A DNA stretch of 23,148 nucleotides, from assembly GCA_040260805.1 (NCBI GenBank), contig JBDQPD010000052.1:1-23148 (forward strand), in the 5' to 3' direction. The DNA is from Myxococcota bacterium (GTDB lineage: Bacteria > Myxococcota > UBA4151). Under the pieces are notes generated by a model that did not search any database, was not told the DNA's origin, and saw only the letters and a program-made list of their open reading frames with translations. The translations under genes and the position numbers were made by a program. This document shows, piece after piece, positions 1 to 6,024 of the stretch. Numbering within the stretch: position 1 is the stretch's first letter; each line of letters starts with the position of its first letter.

Positions 1-1085
1 CAGAGGTGGTAGCTCGCAAAGGAGACCACCATGGCGCGCATCCGAAAGTTCAACCAGCCGGTCGCAGCCAAACTCCGCATGCACGCATCGACCATCGGAA
101 AACCGGTTCTGCCCTCCACCCACGCCTCAAAGAAACCCTCACCACTAGGCTGGTCACGCAAGCCATCAAAAGCGCGCACTAAGTTGTGGAACTCGATGCT
201 TGGATCCGACTCAAGGCGCTGGATGAAGTGACCGTTCCAGTGCAGGCGTTTGTTGAAGCTTGATAAGGACCGAATCCACTGGCTCAGATGCGGCACGCCC
301 TCGCGCTTGGCGTCTCTGAGTTGCTCGATCCGCTCGCGATAGGTTTGGTAGACCGTCCGCATCGAAATGGCGCCGTAGGCTAAGTAGGGGCTGAGCCGGC
401 TGCACGACGTCGCGCCGGCTTCTGGTGATGACATGGCGCGTTGATAGTCTTCCCCGCGTTGGTGCAAAAACGAGCGCAGCGTTTCCTGCGCAGCTCGAGC
501 CCCGGGGATCGGTTGGTCTGACTTCCCTGAGGGCGCGAGCCCAAAGACTCTGGGTCCTTGAAGCCCATGGGACTCGACCCGCGGTCCGGGCTGAATACGC
601 TCCACGCTAGGCGTCTGCGCTGCGCTCATATCTCGGTTCCAAAGCGCCGCCCAACCGTCTCGATCTTTGAGCCCTCGAACCACGCCTTGTTGCCGGTATT
701 GATGCCACCCAATCTGGTTCGAGCGCGCCCAGGCTGCCACGCGTCGGTCACGGTCATAGGTCAGCTTATTGCCGGTTTCTTGATGGCTGTAGATGCGATC
801 GAATCCGAGCTCTTGGTGGAGCGCCGCGAAGACCTCGTGGGCGGAGCCTGTGCGGGTGATCAGCTCACCGCCCAGGCTATGGAGTTGAGCTTGCACCTCA
901 GCCAAGCAGCCGTTGATGAACTCGAGGTGCGATGCGTCGGCGTCGTCGGCGCCGAGAATCTCGGGCTCGTAGATGTACAGCGCTACGCAGGCGCCGCGTT
1001 GTGCGGCTTCAAAAAGCGGTTGGTGATCTTGCCACCGTAGGTCTCGCTTGAACCACACGAGCGAGCACATTGAATCTTGGTTCAT
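1..1085 (-). CDS. Deoxyribodipyrimidine photolyase/cryptochrome family flavoprotein (3' end runs off the window)
   Basis: Not in the ORF track. Manual translation from ATG 1085 (alternative ATG 1070) gives MNQDSMCSLVWFKRDLRWQDHQPL...SHQETGN...SCSRLSPYLAYGAISMR...RLHWNGHFIQRLE...W.EGRTGFPMVDACMRSLAATGWLNFRMRAMVVSFASYHL. These blocks all fall in the same frame. WFKRDLR, SRLSPYL and TGFPxVDAxMRxL are hallmark photolyase/cryptochrome motifs. Confidence 0.95.
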   Translation of the reverse strand, partial: MNQDSMCSLVWFKRDLRWQDHQPLFEAAQRGACVALYIYEPEILGADDADASHLEFINGCLAEVQAQLHSLGGELITRTGSAHEVFAALHQELGFDRIYSHQETGNKLTYDRDRRVAAWARSNQIGWHQYRQQGVVRGLKDRDGWAALWNRDMSAAQTPSVERIQPGPRVESHGLQGPRVFGLAPSGKSDQPIPGARAAQETLRSFLHQRGEDYQRAMSSPEAGATSCSRLSPYLAYGAISMRTVYQTYRERIEQLRDAKREGVPHLSQWIRSLSSFNKRLHWNGHFIQRLESDPSIEFHNLVRAFDGLRDQPSGEGFFEAWVEGRTGFPMVDACMRSLAATGWLNFRMRAMVVSFASYHL

Positions 1086-1160
1086 GATCCTGTCGATCCC
1101 AGACGATATCGGGAGGTCGTCAGCTCATCTAAGCACAGTTTTAGGTCGTTTGCCGTCGAT

Positions 1161-1430
1161 TTAGGTGGCGCACTTAGCGCAAGCTTTCCCGTCTGCTTTC
1201 GCCTGGGCGCAGCAGTCGGTTCGTGTTGCGCATTCGGTGCAGGGTTTACCCTGTGCTTTTGCTTTTGCGCAGCAGTCGGTCTTGTTGGCGATACACGCTT
1301 TGCAGTTGGTCCCCTCAGCCTTTGCGGTCGCGCAGCAGTTTACGTTCGTTTGAACCGCTGAAGTCGATGCTCCTGAGGTTGCACAACCGAAGAGTGATAA
1401 GGTCCCTAAGACTATGATTAAGAGACGCAT
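1161..1430 (-). CDS. Small Cys-rich lipoprotein (89 aa) with three CC-x9-CxxC repeats; metallothionein-like
   Basis: ATG 1430 has a GGAG RBS just upstream and is preferred over the track start at 1466. Signal MRLLIIVLGTLSLFG|C ends in a lipobox. Repeats are CCATAKAEGTNCKAC, CCAKAKAQGKPCTEC and CCAQAKADGKACAKC. Confidence 0.8.
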   Translation of the reverse strand: MRLLIIVLGTLSLFGCATSGASTSAVQTNVNCCATAKAEGTNCKACIANKTDCCAKAKAQGKPCTECATRTDCCAQAKADGKACAKCAT

Positions 1431-1567
1431 AAAAATACTCCAGACAGGCGTGTGTACCGCCGTCATGATAAAAAAGTATAGCGTGGCGCTCTCGGGTTCT
1501 TTTCAAAGACCTCAAATCACGGAAAGATCACGGTGAATCGGTCACGCACCGGATATGGGGATATGAT

Positions 1568-2911
1568 TTGAAGCAAGCTCATTATGCGCTGCTCATGGGA
1601 TGGCTTGGGATTGGGTCAGCCTGCGCTGATGAACCTGCCTCAGTCGCTCGCTCAGACGCTGGCCCGGTGGCTCCAGTTGAGGTCGTAGATCCGTGGTTTT
1701 GCAGCGAACCCGGACGGGTCAACTCGACCGACGACAATGCATGGCAAGTCCAGAGTGATCATTATTCCTTGTATGCCCAAACAAGCCAAGCTGAAGCCCA
1801 AGCCCTATCGGCGCTTCTTGAGGCGAGTTGGGGCGCCATGAGCGATTGGTTTGAAGACCAGCCTGAGCTCGTAGCGGACCAACTGTTCCGGGTCGAGCTC
1901 TATGCTGATGTCGAGGCTTGGGCGGCTGCTATTCGTCGCGACGGGCTCGAGGTCCCCCAAGGCGCTGGGGGGTATTTTCACCCAGGCTCCGGCATCGCTT
2001 ATGCTTATCAGCAGCCGACCCGCTACTACACCCGCCAACTTGTTCTGCATGAAGCGATTCACCAATTTCACGACGGCGTTCGAGCGCCCGGACATCGTGT
2101 GCCCGGTTGGTATATTGAGGGGCTGGCTGAACACCTGAGTCATTACGATTGGAACGGCGAGTGTGTGCGCCTCGGGCGCTTGCCGATGGTCACGCAAGAG
2201 GACCTGCCCGCCCAAGCCTTGGGTCAATCGATCGATCTGTCCTCGCATTGGATGAGCGAAAACTCAGTGAGTCGCCCACTGGAGTGGGCTACGTTTCGTT
2301 ACTTTGAATACGCCGAGAATGGAGCCTATGCCGATCGCTGGATAGCCTTCGTTCGTGCGATGGATGCTGGCTCGCAGGATCCGCACGCTGAGTTTGAGCG
2401 CATCTTTGAGGCTCCTGTCTCGACATTTGATGAGCCGATCCAGGATTGGCTGGTGAGCGCTCAGCAGCCGATGAGAGCGGAGTACCTTGAGTGGTCCCAT
2501 GTGGCGCCCGGCGAGGTGGATGGCTGGTCGTCGGTTTTTAGTTTTGCTCGGATTGAAAAACCGGTTCAGCGCTTCTCGATGACCTTTGAGCCGATCTGGT
2601 CAGAAGTTGGCGCAGGTGGGGTCTTGCTGAGTTATCAAGACCCGCAGAATTGGATTGGCTTGGTCGTGGGTGCCAACGACCGAGTCTCGAGCTTTGAGAT
2701 GCGTGAAGGCCAAGCCGTTTGGTGGGATCAAGGTGAGGCGCCAGCCCTCAATGACGGCGCCTACGCCTGGCAGGTTGCCCATGGTGATGAAGCGTCGACG
2801 GTCCAGATCAACGATAAGACCTTTGTCTTGCCCTTAGCCTTTGCGCCTGCTGGAGGTCCTGCTGTGAATCAATCGTCGCTGCGGTTTTCCAAGATTCAGT
2901 GGGGGCAATAA
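1568..2911 (+). CDS. Secreted/lipoprotein gluzincin-type zinc metallopeptidase (peptidase MA / DUF1570-like) with a C-terminal beta-rich domain
   Basis: 447 aa ORF with a TTG start after GGGGA. Signal peptide ends ...GIGSA|C. It carries AGGYF, HEAIH (2048-2062) and the downstream WYIEGLAEH third-ligand motif. Confidence 0.8.
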   Translation: MKQAHYALLMGWLGIGSACADEPASVARSDAGPVAPVEVVDPWFCSEPGRVNSTDDNAWQVQSDHYSLYAQTSQAEAQALSALLEASWGAMSDWFEDQPELVADQLFRVELYADVEAWAAAIRRDGLEVPQGAGGYFHPGSGIAYAYQQPTRYYTRQLVLHEAIHQFHDGVRAPGHRVPGWYIEGLAEHLSHYDWNGECVRLGRLPMVTQEDLPAQALGQSIDLSSHWMSENSVSRPLEWATFRYFEYAENGAYADRWIAFVRAMDAGSQDPHAEFERIFEAPVSTFDEPIQDWLVSAQQPMRAEYLEWSHVAPGEVDGWSSVFSFARIEKPVQRFSMTFEPIWSEVGAGGVLLSYQDPQNWIGLVVGANDRVSSFEMREGQAVWWDQGEAPALNDGAYAWQVAHGDEASTVQINDKTFVLPLAFAPAGGPAVNQSSLRFSKIQWGQ

Positions 2912-2915
2912 CGAC

Positions 2916-3770
2916 TCAAGGCGCCTTGAACTCAGGAACCGGGGGGAAGAGGCTCGAGGCTTGCTTCATCAGCTCATCGCATGACGTCAGCGACTCATCG
3001 ATAGGAATAAGTACTATCGGGTTGAGGCCGGGGTCGCTCGCTTGTTTCGGGTCGGCGTCCGAATCAAATAGGCACGATGATGCCCCCGCCACGAGCTGTT
3101 CGGAGCGATCGGTCACGGTGCCGCGAATCGATCCGTCGGCCATCAGCTCAAGTCGGTTCTCGAAGATCTCGCGACGCGCCAGGTAGACCTCCCCACTGAT
3201 GTATCTATTGACCCGAATCTGGACCGTTACGCCTGGTTTGTTGTCCCCATCAGGATCACTAAAGTCTGCGTCTTTGCGATCGTTTGGTAGCGGTTTTTTT
3301 TGGTCTCCTTTGATGCCGATGAGGCTCGGGCTGGCTGGGCGATCAATTAGCCAGCGTCCCTCCTTGTTCACGACGCTTACCTTTTGAGGTGGCGGCGCGA
3401 TGGCACGCGTTGCTCGGTCGCTTAAACTGGACCGCATTCCCGCTCGGTTGATGCGGTGCTCAGCGTGACAGAAACGGTCCGACTCGACCAGTTCACCATC
3501 TACAATTCGGAAATCTGTAAACCCATAAGAGACGACAAAGGTGCGCATCGGCGCGCCACGCAGAGGCTCTTCATAAGCCACGACGTCAAAGTGCGCGTAG
3601 TGACCTGCGATTCGTTCGAGGGCTTGCTCCCGAGTCATCGGATCGAGCGCTTCACCAGACTCGAAAGAGATCAGGGGAGAAGCCGGCCAAGGCAGCGCAG
3701 GGTTCCCGCATGCCGCGGCACAGAGCAGCGCAGAGTAGAGGGCTAGATTTTGGGTTCGCAACGTGATCAC
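2916..3770 (-). CDS. Uncharacterised lipoprotein with a DxDxDxxPG putative Ca-binding loop
   Basis: Probable GTG start at 3770 overlaps the TGA of the upstream gene (GTGA), which is preferred over the track start at 3860. MITLRTQNLALYSALLCAAA|CG is a lipobox. The body is beta-rich and includes DPDGDNKPGVTV. Confidence 0.75.
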   Translation of the reverse strand: MITLRTQNLALYSALLCAAACGNPALPWPASPLISFESGEALDPMTREQALERIAGHYAHFDVVAYEEPLRGAPMRTFVVSYGFTDFRIVDGELVESDRFCHAEHRINRAGMRSSLSDRATRAIAPPPQKVSVVNKEGRWLIDRPASPSLIGIKGDQKKPLPNDRKDADFSDPDGDNKPGVTVQIRVNRYISGEVYLARREIFENRLELMADGSIRGTVTDRSEQLVAGASSCLFDSDADPKQASDPGLNPIVLIPIDESLTSCDELMKQASSLFPPVPEFKAP

Positions 3771-4759
3771 TCCGAGGGCTCGGACAGGTGCTCGATGAGG
3801 TCCTTCTTCGCTTGGGGCGGCGTGCAGCCGGTATGGTCGATCGAGCAGAACCGATCCCACGATAAACCAAACCGAGCTAGGTCCTCGCGAAAGGCATCGA
3901 CGATGGGCTCAGGGATGGCGTCGCCGGATAAGGTGCCGGTGCGCGTCATCACGTTCACCCCCGCATACCGTCCGGCTGGCGTCTGCCCACAGTAGGTGTA
4001 GGCGACCCAGTCGGGGGCCGGCCTGGACAAGACGAACCAGCGCTCGTCTTGCGGGGTCAGCGGTGGGTTGGTGTAGTGCACCGCGAGGGCGCCGTCCGCA
4101 TCGATCCCTGGCTTGGCGATCAGGTAAGGCAAAGCGCCTTGTTCGCCAGCCGTTCCAGCGAACGAGGTGTGGTACCAAGTGGAGTCTTCGTGCGCGACCC
4201 ACGAGCTGCTCCGGCATTTGAGCTTGTCGTAACCACCTTGCCATTTGGAGTCCGGGCGACCGCAGTTCCTGCCCCGCACCTCTCGCCAGGTTCCGGTGAG
4301 TTCGGCTAAGCTGCCGACCTTGATGACCGAGCTTTGGTTCGCCACGGTCACCGGGCAGATGCCGTCCTTGCCCTCTTCAGCTCGTGGAAGGCAGCGGTTG
4401 TCGGCGAAGCATTGCACGACCTTACGATAGCAGTCGCTGTCTTTGCCCTCTTCGACTTGGCAAAGCAGGTGGCAGGCCTGCTCGCCCGCGGTGTCTTTGG
4501 CCAGCTCAGAGCACTTCTTATTGCACGCAAGCGTGGCGCGACAGTCGCCGCTGAAGCTGCAGCCGATCAACGCGCCAGGACAGTTGCCCAAACCGCACGA
4601 AAGAGGATTGGGCTGAGCCGGATTTTTTTTCGCTGAGCAACCGGTAGCCGCTGAGACCAAAAGCAGCAAAAGGCTGAGCAAAGCGAGCCGTAAGCTGCCA
4701 TACTGATCTTGAGCGCCAGCGGTGGACAGGCGACGATGGACTGATGGGCTAAGGATCAC
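3767..4759 (-). CDS. Violaxanthin de-epoxidase-like (VDE/VDL/VDR family) lipoprotein: Cys-rich domain plus lipocalin
   Basis: GTG start with GGAG upstream; hydrophobic signal ending SAATG|C41. Cys at 55, 60, 67, 73, 79, 83, 96, 100, (110), 117 and 123 follows the VDE N-domain spacing. Lipocalin motifs include LTGTWREVRGRN, YDKLKC, QDERWFVLS, YTYCG..RYAG...TR and GLSWDRFCSIDHTGC. Confidence 0.8.
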   Translation of the reverse strand: MILSPSVHRRLSTAGAQDQYGSLRLALLSLLLLLVSAATGCSAKKNPAQPNPLSCGLGNCPGALIGCSFSGDCRATLACNKKCSELAKDTAGEQACHLLCQVEEGKDSDCYRKVVQCFADNRCLPRAEEGKDGICPVTVANQSSVIKVGSLAELTGTWREVRGRNCGRPDSKWQGGYDKLKCRSSSWVAHEDSTWYHTSFAGTAGEQGALPYLIAKPGIDADGALAVHYTNPPLTPQDERWFVLSRPAPDWVAYTYCGQTPAGRYAGVNVMTRTGTLSGDAIPEPIVDAFREDLARFGLSWDRFCSIDHTGCTPPQAKKDLIEHLSEPSE

Positions 4760-4833
4760 ATGCGCTCCAGTGCGCAGGCGAGGTACTGCCGCTCGGTCAG
4801 CCGCGTCAAGCAGCGCAGATAACCTTCGACGGT

Positions 4834-4856
4834 CCCTGGGCGCTGAGCGCGCAGGG
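4834..4856. other. GC-rich hairpin just downstream of the DUF5995-like gene (possible terminator or RNA-stability element)
   Basis: CCCTG-G-GCGC-TGA-GCGC-G-CAGGG forms a 9-bp stem with one mismatch. There is no U-tract. Confidence 0.25.
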
Positions 4857-4866
4857 CTTGCTCGAC

Positions 4867-5799
4867 TTAGAGGACTCCGCTGGCATCAAACCCAGCCAGG
4901 ATCTTATCAAACCCACGCCAGGAGATGTCGATCTCAGCTTGCGCCGCTGGCTGGCGAAAGTCGGTCAGCCCGCGTGCGGCGTACCAGGTCTTGTTGCGAA
5001 TCGTTTGGTAGGCCATCCGCGTCGCGGTGCCTTGACCAGCGACCGAGTCGATCGCATCGCCGATCTTGAACAGATCAAAAAGCGGATGCATGTCGAGATT
5101 ATGCCCTTTGCGCGCCGAATCGATCATCTCAGGATAGACCTCGAGGAGCACATCGCCAAAGTGCATAAAGTCTTTACGTCGTTCCTTTTCGGCGCCTGTA
5201 TCGACTAGGGCTTTGGGAAGATCAGCGACCAGATGAACGATCGCACCCATCCCGGTGACCCGCTCAGGGCTAACGCTCGGATCTCGAGCCTGCTTATAGT
5301 ACGTTTTCCAGGCGCCTGTGACCTCACCGCCGGTCAGCTCACCGTGTAGGTTAGCGAGGTAGCGGCGTCCGAAGTTGTGGGTCAACTCAGAGGCCCATTT
5401 GTTGTCTTCGTACAGCCCGCGCTCAACGGAATCGACAGCGCCGTTGGTGATCACTCGGTACAGCGACGTAAACACCCCACGAGGGTCCTTGTGATCCGAG
5501 AAGGTTTTATCGAGCTCACGGATCCGCCCGCGCAGATCGTACATGTCTTTTAATGTCGTTGGATCGGTGAGCTCAACCAAGCGATTGTGCACACTCTCTG
5601 GCAGGCTCGGGACACGCCCCGAACCGGGTACGAGCGCCTCGGACTGAACTGCCGCTTGGGCGACCTTCGCTGTATCCACGCGCTCAAAACCATCGGTATG
5701 CTTGAGCGTCTGTGCGCTATTTTGCGACCCCTTGTTCTGTGAGTGGTTTAGCTCAGGAGTCGTCTGCGCTGCTGTTTTCGATGGGATACGTATCATCAT
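4867..5799 (-). CDS. DUF5995-like alpha-helical protein with a disordered N-terminal extension
   Basis: 310 aa. RGVFTSLYRVIT, YEDNKWASELTHNFGRRYLANL, AWKTYY and GMGAIVHLVADLPKAL resemble DUF5995 as I recall it. The first ~65 aa are S/T/Q/A-rich and contain TDGFE. No Sec signal peptide is visible. Confidence 0.7.
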   Translation of the reverse strand: MMIRIPSKTAAQTTPELNHSQNKGSQNSAQTLKHTDGFERVDTAKVAQAAVQSEALVPGSGRVPSLPESVHNRLVELTDPTTLKDMYDLRGRIRELDKTFSDHKDPRGVFTSLYRVITNGAVDSVERGLYEDNKWASELTHNFGRRYLANLHGELTGGEVTGAWKTYYKQARDPSVSPERVTGMGAIVHLVADLPKALVDTGAEKERRKDFMHFGDVLLEVYPEMIDSARKGHNLDMHPLFDLFKIGDAIDSVAGQGTATRMAYQTIRNKTWYAARGLTDFRQPAAQAEIDISWRGFDKILAGFDASGVL

Positions 5800-5879
5800 G
5801 TCTTCGCCTAAATACTGACTGTTCTAATCCTCTAGTTCACGAACAACGAATAAAATGATCAAGCCTGACCACGAAGGCC

Positions 5880-5906
5880 TTATCGACAGGTGCTCATGGA
5901 AGTTGC
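5880..5906 (-). promoter_or_regulatory. Sigma28 (FliA/WhiG)-like promoter for the DUF5995-like gene
   Basis: The minus strand reads GCAACTTC-N11-GTCGATAA, against the FliA consensus TAAAGTTT-N11-GCCGATAA. The -10 matches 7/8 and the spacing is exact. It lies about 80 nt upstream of ATG 5799. Confidence 0.5.
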
Positions 5907-6024
5907 TCGAAGATAAGTTCTATTGCTTTGGCTAGGCGCTTGACTTGCCTCGATAAAGACCGCCTCGTCACCTTGTACAAACCGCCGCGCTCGGTCATGC
6001 TTTGAGCTCTAGTGAGGGCTTAAC

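Noticed and set aside
558..1040. 160-aa plus-strand ORF (and 31..231, 425..610)
   Set aside because: These are antisense shadows of the photolyase, which has clear family motifs on the minus strand.
1161..1430. Multiheme cytochrome or RiPP precursor reading of the CxxC protein
   Set aside because: No His follows any CxxC, there is no radical SAM or other maturase nearby, and the protein has a lipoprotein signal.
1475..1506. Sigma70 promoter TTGAAA...TATACT on the minus strand
   Set aside because: The spacer is 20 nt, too long for a canonical -35/-10 pair. The -10 alone is not enough to call a promoter.
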